Shown here one piece after another: positions 27,150 through 34,689 of a stretch of 61,204 nucleotides of DNA (the stretch's first letter is position 1; the number at the start of each line of letters is the position of its first letter). Below the pieces are notes generated by a model, which saw only the letters and a list, made by a program, of their open reading frames with translations, was not told the origin of the DNA and ran no database searches. The stretch lies in IMG/VR virus record IMGVR_UViG_3300045988_122465. One strand, 5' to 3'. The DNA is from a virus. A program made the position numbers and the translations under genes.

Positions 27150-27506
27150 TTATGGTATAATCAGTCTGCTGTATGCAGTGTAGCTATAATGCGTACAATA
27201 CTTCGATTTGTAGATATATCGGAACGGACACTTAGGAACTGAAATTTGTTTTCCTTGCATTGCCGTAATAGTCGCTGGTTGCATCGCCGGACTATCTGTA
27301 ATCATAAAGATTGGTTGTGGAACTGACAATACAACGCAATCAGTCGGAGCAGCTTCTAAGGTGAAAAACTGAATAGGTGACAAACCAACATCAACCGATG
27401 GGGCTACGTATTCACACTCGAAAGATTCGACGCTTGATGCCTGTACGCTCAAGGAGACCAAAGACATCATTAAAAAGCCACATATGGCAAAAATAAAATT
27501 CTTCAT
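27150..27506 (-). CDS. Secreted Cys-containing 118-aa protein (moron-like)
   Basis: Signal peptide MKNFIFAICGFLMMSLVSLSVQASS. Confidence 0.6.
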   Translation of the reverse strand: MKNFIFAICGFLMMSLVSLSVQASSVESFECEYVAPSVDVGLSPIQFFTLEAAPTDCVVLSVPQPIFMITDSPAMQPATITAMQGKQISVPKCPFRYIYKSKYCTHYSYTAYSRLIIP

Positions 27507-27558
27507 TTCTTTATTGAATTATAAGTTACATAATGGAAGGGTAGGAGTACTACCCTTT

Positions 27559-27894
27559 TTATTTAATATCTAACACTTCTTTCAGTTTGGAAGTCGTTTC
27601 TTCATCCAACTCTGCAACCTTACCCAAAAGAGTCTCTTCTTTCATGTTCCCGGCTGCTTGAACACCGATAGATTTCAGAGCATCAACCAAAATCTTTTTC
27701 TCAAATTCCTTTTCAAAGAGGGATATTTTGATCTCCTTCTTTTCTTCAGAAACTTTCACTTCAACCCGTTCGCCAAGTTTGCGGTTTTCTATATCCAATA
27801 CACGGGATTCTTCGGAAATTTCAATCACCTCTCCGGGATTGTAATACTTACCAGTAAACTTATCACGGAAAACAGATATAACCTTTACTTTCAT
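27559..27894 (-). CDS. Hypothetical protein downstream of the capsid gene
   Basis: Likely start MKVKVISVF (27894); the track ORF extends to 27927. Confidence 0.5.
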   Translation of the reverse strand: MKVKVISVFRDKFTGKYYNPGEVIEISEESRVLDIENRKLGERVEVKVSEEKKEIKISLFEKEFEKKILVDALKSIGVQAAGNMKEETLLGKVAELDEETTSKLKEVLDIK

Positions 27895-27904
27895 ATCCTC
27901 CTCC

Positions 27905-29026
27905 TTATGCTGATTGGATTGATGCAATTTCGCTCAAATCGAAATTGGTGATCAAATCCGGATTGGTAATTTGTGGAATCCATTCTGCCGTATATTCCAT
28001 ATAACGACCGTTTTTGTCACGGTAGTTGGATATAAGCATCTGCCCCTCTGATGGAACATAAGTACGCCCTGATACTGGATCTGTCGCTTCATACGGGGTA
28101 TGATGGCGCATATAACCTACTTCATCACCGTTAAGCAAGGTGATACGGTTGTCTGCATAAATCTGCACATTTTTTCCTGTCTGGTCTTTCACGTAATCCT
28201 CTTTGATTTCGATACGTGGCAGACCGATACCAGTAAAAACTTCAGAAGCCAACGAAGAAGAAATCAAACCGGTACTTAATTTCATTTCGTTAGTGCCGAG
28301 AATCATCTTGTACTGTTCGCCAAATTCAGAAGAGCCAAGTACATTCTTGTTGAAGGTTGTACGTGTCATAATCATCTTGGCATAAGCGCCAAAGTCTGGA
28401 GCTAGGGAATGTAGTTTCTCTCTTAAATAAGAGATGAACATATTCTTGCCATCAACAATTATATCTCCAGCTGTAGGCTTAACAAAATTGAATGGAAGGG
28501 TAATTTCCAGCAGCTTATTGTTGGTCTGACCGGAAGTTATTGCAGCATCCTTATTGTAAACGGTGGCTTCACCAGTCATCAACAATGCACCGACAATAAT
28601 ATCCATACGCTTGTGAGCTGCAAGAGTAATCTGACGGTAGTCATCTGCCAGGAAGTTTACTATTTCTTCCAATGCTGTATTTTGGTCTGCCGGTTTGGCT
28701 TGATTGAACTTGTCAATCAAATCTTGCAATTCAGATAGACGGTCAATAGACATTTGATATGCATCGCCCAGATAGGCTATTTCACCATATCCAGAACCGA
28801 TATTTTTACGTTCACGGATGGGCTTTTCACCGAAACGTGAGTTGATAGAACCGGCCATCACTCCAGTTACAGAGCCGATGTAGTCTTTGAACAGACGAGT
28901 AGTTACTCTACGGAAAGTAAGATACTGCTGCCAATAGATTGTATCTTTACGCGTTTGGTTCACACGTCTGATGATAGCGGATACAATGTTCGCATCATCG
29001 AATAATGTTTGAATCGTTAAAAACAT
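27905..29026 (-). CDS. Major capsid protein (lambda gpE-like size and position)
   Basis: 373 aa following scaffold- and decoration-like genes. Confidence 0.65.
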   Translation of the reverse strand: MFLTIQTLFDDANIVSAIIRRVNQTRKDTIYWQQYLTFRRVTTRLFKDYIGSVTGVMAGSINSRFGEKPIRERKNIGSGYGEIAYLGDAYQMSIDRLSELQDLIDKFNQAKPADQNTALEEIVNFLADDYRQITLAAHKRMDIIVGALLMTGEATVYNKDAAITSGQTNNKLLEITLPFNFVKPTAGDIIVDGKNMFISYLREKLHSLAPDFGAYAKMIMTRTTFNKNVLGSSEFGEQYKMILGTNEMKLSTGLISSSLASEVFTGIGLPRIEIKEDYVKDQTGKNVQIYADNRITLLNGDEVGYMRHHTPYEATDPVSGRTYVPSEGQMLISNYRDKNGRYMEYTAEWIPQITNPDLITNFDLSEIASIQSA

Positions 29027-29037
29027 ATCCTACCTCC

Positions 29038-29625
29038 TTACTCGTTAAATTCAAACCATCCCTTCATATTGGCTTTATCGTTCTCGGAAAACGGCATAAC
29101 CAATTTTGAAGGCTCAATCTCTGCGGCTGTACGGAGCAGCGCAACTAACACGATACCATCTTCCACCTTTGTTCTTTCATACAAAGCGGAGTTTGAAACA
29201 TACTTTTGTTTCAGCCCGTCGACTGCGGTTGCTTGGAAGAGAACCGCATCTTTGGCGATATTTTCACCGAAAGCAGCCTTGATAGTCAATACGTCGTAAT
29301 TGGCGTTAGACTTGTCAATAGCCGTCACTTCTGCGCCTTTAGTACCATTACCAATGAACATGCCTACATAAGCCAAAGAATTCTTGGCTATTTTGATACT
29401 TGTACTGGAAGTATACTCTTCTACAACTTTCACATTGATTACCGCATAAGCAAACTTGTTTTTCAAGTCTGCGTAAATCGGGGTAAATCCGGGAAGGAAA
29501 CTTCCCACTACCAGGTTCTGCGTGTCGAGTTTGAACGGGCCACGTCTACGAATACCGGTCTGGGCATCGTAGCGTTCCTCTTGCTCAACGGGCGGAACCA
29601 AGTCATACTTAAATCCTGCTGACAT
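29038..29625 (-). CDS. Head decoration-like protein (putative)
   Basis: Position between the scaffold and capsid genes. Confidence 0.4.
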   Translation of the reverse strand: MSAGFKYDLVPPVEQEERYDAQTGIRRRGPFKLDTQNLVVGSFLPGFTPIYADLKNKFAYAVINVKVVEEYTSSTSIKIAKNSLAYVGMFIGNGTKGAEVTAIDKSNANYDVLTIKAAFGENIAKDAVLFQATAVDGLKQKYVSNSALYERTKVEDGIVLVALLRTAAEIEPSKLVMPFSENDKANMKGWFEFNE

Positions 29626-29627
29626 AA

Positions 29628-30305
29628 TTAATTCTTGTTTTGTTCAACAATAGTTTTCGTTCCCTCATCAATCATCTTAGCGATAGATTCAGATTCTTTC
29701 TCAATCTTCTCTTCCGCTGATTCGGGAGGGGTTACGCCCTTGAAACCGTCATTAGCGAACTCTTGCTTCAAATCCTTGAAATAAGAGTCTAAGTCCTCAT
29801 CGTCCTTGATGGCGCACCTCTTGGCGTAGTTTTCGGGAATACCATACTCCTTAGCCTTGGCAAGAATTTGCTCCTGCCGGGTAGCTTGCGACTTCTCCGT
29901 CTCAAATTGAGCGATTTTATCGGAAAGCGGTTTTACGGCTGCGCTCACTGCATCGGCAATGATTTTAGCCATATCCGGTTGTTGTTCCGTAGTTTGCTGC
30001 TGCGTGGTAGTAGTGGTAGTCTCGACTGGCTTACCGTCTTTAAGGTTATGCCTCTTCTCGTAGTTGGTCACTGCTGTTTTTGAAGCATCCCCGGCACGGA
30101 AATCACCATAGGAATTTAACACGTCCGAAAAACCGATACCCTCAACAATGGAGTTTACCTTTGTCTCGTCCGTTACACCCTCTGCCTTTTTAGTGGCAAT
30201 TCGGGTTAAGATAGCAGTGTCCACCCCAGTAAATTTCTGTTGTAGTCCTGTTAGGATTTGTTCTAAGATTGTCATACCGTATGAATTATTAAATTTGAAA
30301 TTCAA
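29628..30305 (-). CDS. Scaffolding protein (putative)
   Basis: 225 aa, Thr/Gln linker, acidic helical C-terminal half. Confidence 0.5.
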   Translation of the reverse strand: MNFKFNNSYGMTILEQILTGLQQKFTGVDTAILTRIATKKAEGVTDETKVNSIVEGIGFSDVLNSYGDFRAGDASKTAVTNYEKRHNLKDGKPVETTTTTTQQQTTEQQPDMAKIIADAVSAAVKPLSDKIAQFETEKSQATRQEQILAKAKEYGIPENYAKRCAIKDDEDLDSYFKDLKQEFANDGFKGVTPPESAEEKIEKESESIAKMIDEGTKTIVEQNKN

Positions 30306-30362
30306 TTTATGGAAGTAAAAATACCACCAATGCAGATGATTAGTAAATATTTAAGCTTCCCA

Positions 30363-30390
30363 TTCACGACAATGGATTGATTGTCGTGAA
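30363..30390. promoter_or_regulatory. Perfect hairpin TTCACGACAAT-N6-ATTGTCGTGAA upstream of the scaffold gene
   Basis: 11-bp inverted repeat; same 9-bp core as 40667-40690. Confidence 0.5.
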
Positions 30391-30480
30391 TACGGTATAA
30401 AAGTAAGAAGGAAGGAAGAGGAGAGGGAATAATTGAATGGATGAAAAACAACAATTGGGGTATTGTTGGAAAATGGCATA

Positions 30481-30519
30481 AAAAAGGCGTGAAACGGATT
30501 GGAATCACACCTTTTTTTT
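30481..30519. terminator. Bidirectional rho-independent terminator
   Basis: aaaaaggcgtga...tcacaccttttttttg: stem flanked by an A-run and a T-run. Confidence 0.6.
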
Positions 30520-30576
30520 GAATTTAAAAGCTCTGAATTTATAAAGTTGCAGATTGTAGCTCTGCTCCGATATTCT

Positions 30577-30990
30577 TTACAGTTTTACTTCAAGTTCTTT
30601 ACCAGTCAGAAAAAAATACAGATTTTGAAGTTGATGGACATACAATACTTTATAAACCGCTGGGATCGTTAATATTCCATTATAAGCTTTATTAGTAATA
30701 TAAAACAAATCTCCTGTATTTTGCTCTAGTTTTAAACCAATAGCAAACTTATCTCCAATCTCTTTTGAAAAACATTTACAATCAGAAACATAATTAAATC
30801 CGGCATCCACCAGGATTTTTTCAGTCAAAGAAACGCCTTCAAGCAGATGATAATCGTATTGATTTGAATTACCTTTTACGCTAACTAAATAGTCATTTAT
30901 ACTAAAGACAACTCCTACGGCGGACTGAGCTCCAATAGTATTATTGGGTAATACATAATTACCTATTCTTAATTCTCTAATATCTATCAT
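30577..30990 (-). CDS. Hypothetical 137-aa protein
   Basis: ORF track; C-terminal YVHQLQNLYFFLTGKELE. Confidence 0.55.
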   Translation of the reverse strand: MIDIRELRIGNYVLPNNTIGAQSAVGVVFSINDYLVSVKGNSNQYDYHLLEGVSLTEKILVDAGFNYVSDCKCFSKEIGDKFAIGLKLEQNTGDLFYITNKAYNGILTIPAVYKVLYVHQLQNLYFFLTGKELEVKL

Positions 30991-30995
30991 AACAG

Positions 30996-31298
30996 TTACA
31001 CAGCAGGAGTTAGTTCAACATTCAACCCCAAAGCGGAAGCAATACGATAAAAGGTAGAAACTTTAGGTTCTGTCTTTCCTGTTTCCACACGGGAAATATA
31101 AGACTTATTTGTTCCTATCTTTTCGGCGAGTTCTGCTTGTGTCATTTTTGCTTTCTTCCTTGCCTCTTCAATTATTTGCCCAGTAAAGAAAGCATTAGCT
31201 CTATCTTCGGCAGCCTTACGCTCCGGAGTCCCTTCTTTGCCAAACGCAGCATCTAATTGCGCATCGACATCAAACATCTTTAGTTCTTTTTCGCTCAT
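30996..31298 (-). CDS. HigA-like XRE HTH antitoxin
   Basis: MTQAELAEKIGTNKSYISRVETGKTEPKVSTFYRIASALG. Confidence 0.75.
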   Translation of the reverse strand: MSEKELKMFDVDAQLDAAFGKEGTPERKAAEDRANAFFTGQIIEEARKKAKMTQAELAEKIGTNKSYISRVETGKTEPKVSTFYRIASALGLNVELTPAV

Positions 31299-31611
31299 AA
31301 TATTCTTTCTTTAGTTTTAATGCTTTATCAATTTCTCTATCAGGAGTTTTCTGTGTTTTCTTCTGAAAGCCATTGAATAAAATCACAATCTGTCCTTCAT
31401 CAAAACAGAAGAAAATCCGATAAATATTACTTTGCCACTCAATTCTTAACTCAAACAGACCGTCTTTAATAGACTTCACATATTTATTGGATAGTCTATC
31501 TACGGTCTTTAACATGAGTAAACCGTATAGCACCTTTTCTTGAGCACCTTTGTTCAAGGTGTCAAAAAAGTCTTTATAGTAGTTTTCGTATGCTATTATC
31601 TTTCTGTTCAT
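31270..31611 (-). CDS. RelE/HigB (Gp49-like) toxin
   Basis: YYKDFFDTL...DGLFELRIEWQSNIYRIFFCFDEGQIVILFNGFQKKTQKTP; likely start 31611. Confidence 0.7.
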   Translation of the reverse strand: MNRKIIAYENYYKDFFDTLNKGAQEKVLYGLLMLKTVDRLSNKYVKSIKDGLFELRIEWQSNIYRIFFCFDEGQIVILFNGFQKKTQKTPDREIDKALKLKKEYYERKRTKDV

Positions 31612-31733
31612 ACGGCAAAGATAGAGAATGTTTATCAGTTGAGCAACTTTTGGGCGAATATTTTCATCCCTATACAAAAATAGCGGCAACTCCGAAGAAT
31701 CACCGCTAATGTTCCATTTTTCTTATTTAAAAA

Positions 31734-31850
31734 TTATAGACCTTGTAATTTTTTTGACCTAGAAATGTTTTTCTGTTCTATTTTTCTGATCTGCTCATTC
31801 TTTGCTGCTTGCTCCTCCTCGATTTCTGCAAGTTCCTCTTCGATAATGTG
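31734..31850 (-). pseudogene. Ghost 3' end of a second portal gene
   Basis: Translates HIIEEELAEIEEEQAAKNEQIRKIEQKNISRSKKLQGL*, aligning with the portal C-terminus DRIEEELAEIKEEQEEKINAEMQKQNIKKGE*. Confidence 0.7.
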
Positions 31851-32366
31851 TTAATTTTCCCTATTATATATCTCTTTAATTTTCCCCTCTGCAAACTCAT
31901 TTATATCAGAAGAAGTACATCCTGATTCGTTAAAAAAATCACTTATGTCAAAATAAATCTCCTTATGTTTATTCCCTTTCGATATATATATTATATCAAA
32001 AGGAATTGATTTATTCCCGTCCAATGTTATATCTCTCAGCATTTGCATACCCCAACTATAATCAGGGTAGTATTTATTTATCCATTCTCTTTCAGAATGC
32101 ACTCCCAGAGCATGTGTTATTGCATGGATTTTAACAATATCAAAATGTTGGCTTCGAAGCATTATTTCAAAAGTTATTGTCTCATCTTTATAGTTAATTA
32201 CAAACTCCCTTTTCTTGAAAAGCCCCTTTATAAAGTCATAAATTTGCTTTATCCCATCTCTTAGTGACGGAATAAAACCTATTACTACAGCTATTATAAC
32301 AATAGTAGCTATAATCCAATTATCTAAAAGGAAATTAATAATTGTGTCGTATTTTGTTGCTTCCAT
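31851..32366 (-). CDS. Membrane-anchored 171-aa protein (cassette B payload)
   Basis: N-terminal TM WIIATIVIIAVVIGFI; last gene of the HTH operon. Confidence 0.6.
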   Translation of the reverse strand: MEATKYDTIINFLLDNWIIATIVIIAVVIGFIPSLRDGIKQIYDFIKGLFKKREFVINYKDETITFEIMLRSQHFDIVKIHAITHALGVHSEREWINKYYPDYSWGMQMLRDITLDGNKSIPFDIIYISKGNKHKEIYFDISDFFNESGCTSSDINEFAEGKIKEIYNREN

Positions 32367-32367
32367 A

Positions 32368-32787
32368 TTATTCCTTGTCTTTATTTAAAATAGCAATGCC
32401 ATATATTAAACCTTCCATTTCAGAAGCTGCATTTATTTCATCACCAGAATACCACACATCTTTTACTTTATCCTGTATCTGAATAGCTCTTTGATATGAG
32501 TCTGGATATAAATCTTTGTTTTCTTCCATAAAAGATAAACCAGCTTGAATAAACCCTCTATTTGTAAACTTCATATTACGTTTATTTATCAGTTCAACAG
32601 CCGCCTTTTGTACACTTTTAGTTCTTTCCAACTTAGTATTTAATTGCACTAACCATCCACTAACAAACACAACAATAACAAAAGAAATCCATAGAAAGTA
32701 TTTGTTTGTTCTGAATTTGTCAGGAATAACAAATCCTACTATCGTTATTATCCCTGATACTATTGTTAATAATAAAAGATAATTCAT
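32368..32787 (-). CDS. Two-TM 139-aa membrane protein (cassette B payload)
   Basis: LLLLTIVSGIITIVGFVI and FLWISFVIVVFVSGWLV. Confidence 0.6.
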   Translation of the reverse strand: MNYLLLLTIVSGIITIVGFVIPDKFRTNKYFLWISFVIVVFVSGWLVQLNTKLERTKSVQKAAVELINKRNMKFTNRGFIQAGLSFMEENKDLYPDSYQRAIQIQDKVKDVWYSGDEINAASEMEGLIYGIAILNKDKE

Positions 32788-32795
32788 TTTCTCAA

Positions 32796-32996
32796 TTAAT
32801 ATATCATATCATCAACATATCCAATACAAGCATAAGAGCCCTGAAAAGATGTAAGTACTAAATATTTCCCATCTCTATAATTAATCTCTACATTTGACAA
32901 CTGATGCCCTATGCTTGCACAGTACTGAATGATGTCATTCAACGAAGTTACAGGAACTTGTGTATATCCATTAGGATGAAAATAAATCGTCTTCAT
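32796..32996 (-). CDS. Hypothetical 66-aa protein (cassette B payload)
   Basis: ORF track, 27 nt after the HTH gene. Confidence 0.55.
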   Translation of the reverse strand: MKTIYFHPNGYTQVPVTSLNDIIQYCASIGHQLSNVEINYRDGKYLVLTSFQGSYACIGYVDDMIY

Positions 32997-33023
32997 AATA
33001 TTTGCTTCCTATTTTTTATTGGT

Positions 33024-33302
33024 TTATAATTTTCCAGCTAAATTCTTCACATCCTCCGCAGACTTTACTTCATGCACGGTATCGCCCACTTTTACGAAGC
33101 CTACTATATCTCCAGTGTTTGACTTTTCAAATAGTTCAGTTACTGGGACACCCAAAGCATCGGCGATTTTTTCCAATGTACCAATAGTGGGGTTGCCATT
33201 AATTGCTTTTGATAGCCCAACTCGTGACAAGCCTATTTTTTCAGCGAGTTCAGTTTGATTGATTCCTGCCTCTTTACATAGTTCTAAAATTCTAAATCTC
33301 AT
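33024..33302 (-). CDS. XRE-family HTH repressor-like protein (paralog of 3493..3777)
   Basis: INQTELAEKIGLSRVGLSKAINGNPTIGTLEKIADALGV plus the same C-terminal extension. Confidence 0.85.
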   Translation of the reverse strand: MRFRILELCKEAGINQTELAEKIGLSRVGLSKAINGNPTIGTLEKIADALGVPVTELFEKSNTGDIVGFVKVGDTVHEVKSAEDVKNLAGKL

Positions 33303-33495
33303 ATATGTATATATTTAGTTTACTCCCATTATTTATGGCAAAGTTACTCAAAGTTTTCATATTAGCTAAATAAGACAACTAAAAGTATTCTTTTTATAGT
33401 TTATTAACTATCTATATTTTGCTAATTGAATACTTATAGTTTACTTTGTAATATCGAAATGATAACTAAAAGTATAATTTAAAACATATAAGAGT
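33303..33495. promoter_or_regulatory. Divergent promoter/operator region of cassette B
   Basis: Repeats AACTAAAAGTAT (x2) and TAGTTTA(C/T)T (x3); TAtaTTTA box. Confidence 0.5.
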
Positions 33496-33825
33496 ATGAG
33501 CACAAAATTTAAAAGTCAGATGAAAGAGGTAATGCAAATGGCATGGTCTTTTGTTCGCAAGAACGGTTATTCAATGAGCGAAGCATTGAAATGCGCATGG
33601 GCTAATTTAAAGCTGAAAGCGGCTTTGAAAGTGAAGATAGTAGAGTTCTACTTCAAAAAGACCGATGGCACGCTACGCCAAGCCTTTGGTACTCTCAAAG
33701 AGAATCTTATCGGTGAGGTAAAAGGTACAGGCAGAAAGCCGAATGACAATCTGCAAGTGTACTGGGACACAGAGAAAGAAGAATACAGATGTTTTAAGAA
33801 GTGTAACCTTATTAAAATCGCATGA
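33496..33825 (+). CDS. Hypothetical 109-aa protein (paralog of 57504..57836)
   Basis: Alignable over the full length, e.g. SMSEALKCAWAN.KLKA...F.K.DGT.R.A.GTL...RCFKK.NL.KIA. Confidence 0.75.
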   Translation: MSTKFKSQMKEVMQMAWSFVRKNGYSMSEALKCAWANLKLKAALKVKIVEFYFKKTDGTLRQAFGTLKENLIGEVKGTGRKPNDNLQVYWDTEKEEYRCFKKCNLIKIA

Positions 33826-33842
33826 CAATGAAAAAGAAAAGT

Positions 33843-34064
33843 ATGGCAACAGTTGAGATTGAATGCTCAAATACACATTCAATACCAGTATTCAGCGACT
33901 TTTTAAGTGAAGTACAAAAGCGGTTTGATATTGAGAAAGAAGCTAAGAATGAATTATATTCTTTTATCATACAGATGGGGTTGTTAGACCAATTTAGAGA
34001 GTTTTCTCAGCATTATAAGGGCGTGAATCACCATGCTGCGTGTATTGATATGCTTGCAGTGTAG
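33843..34064 (+). CDS. Hypothetical 73-aa protein (second copy of 2361..2582)
   Basis: The track ORF starts at 33822; MATVEIE start at 33843. Confidence 0.75.
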   Translation: MATVEIECSNTHSIPVFSDFLSEVQKRFDIEKEAKNELYSFIIQMGLLDQFREFSQHYKGVNHHAACIDMLAV

Positions 34065-34144
34065 TTCTTAACACGATTATCCAAAGGCAGCCTTCGCACG
34101 ACATTAAAGACTGCCTTTATTATTCACTCTTAAATGAAATAATT

Positions 34145-34687
34145 ATGGACGAAATTTGGAAAGATATTGAAGGGTACGAAAACGATTACCAAGTATCAAA
34201 TTTAGGCAGGGTAAAATCCTTGCCAAAGAAATGCTGGAACGGCAAAGGGTATTGGTTTAGAGATGGGCGTATTTTAACGCCAGTCAAAAGCCAAAAGGGG
34301 TATTTGAATGTATGGTGCAGAAAGAACATATTCAAGGTTCATCGCTTGGTTGCAAATGCTTTTATACCTAATCCGCAAAACCTACCACAAGTAAATCACA
34401 TAGACGGTGATAAAACCAATAATTGCGTTGCCAATCTTGAATGGGTTACTGATGGTGAGAACCTTCTACACGCATATAGAGTTCTTGGTAGAAAGCAAAA
34501 AACTGGTAAAAACCACCATAATTCACGAGCTGTTATACAATTGAAAGACGGCAAAATTATAAATTTATTTGATAGTCTTAATGAAGCAGCACGCGCGACA
34601 GGCGCTCATTTTTCGGGCATTTCAATGTGTTGTAGTGGAAAAATTAAAAAGCACAAGGGGTATCAATGGAAATACAAAGAGGAGTGA
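34145..34687 (+). CDS. HNH homing endonuclease (NUMOD4-like plus HNH_3 plus one IENR1-like repeat)
   Basis: MDEIWKDIEGYENDYQVSNLGRVKS, HRLVANAF...VNHIDGDKTNN...NLEWVT; stop is 2 nt from the portal stop codon. Confidence 0.8.
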   Translation: MDEIWKDIEGYENDYQVSNLGRVKSLPKKCWNGKGYWFRDGRILTPVKSQKGYLNVWCRKNIFKVHRLVANAFIPNPQNLPQVNHIDGDKTNNCVANLEWVTDGENLLHAYRVLGRKQKTGKNHHNSRAVIQLKDGKIINLFDSLNEAARATGAHFSGISMCCSGKIKKHKGYQWKYKEE

Positions 34688-34689
34688 TT

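Noticed and set aside
30302-30508. 68-aa minus ORF between the scaffold gene and the 137-aa gene
   Set aside because: The region is occupied by a perfect hairpin and a bidirectional terminator. The peptide is low-complexity and lies downstream of the terminator.
34145-34687. HNH next to portal/terminase acting as a cos-packaging accessory nuclease (HK97 gp74-like)
   Set aside because: The NUMOD4-like N-terminus and IENR1-like DNA-binding repeat fit homing endonucleases. The gene is on the opposite strand to the packaging genes, and a paralog sits next to int.
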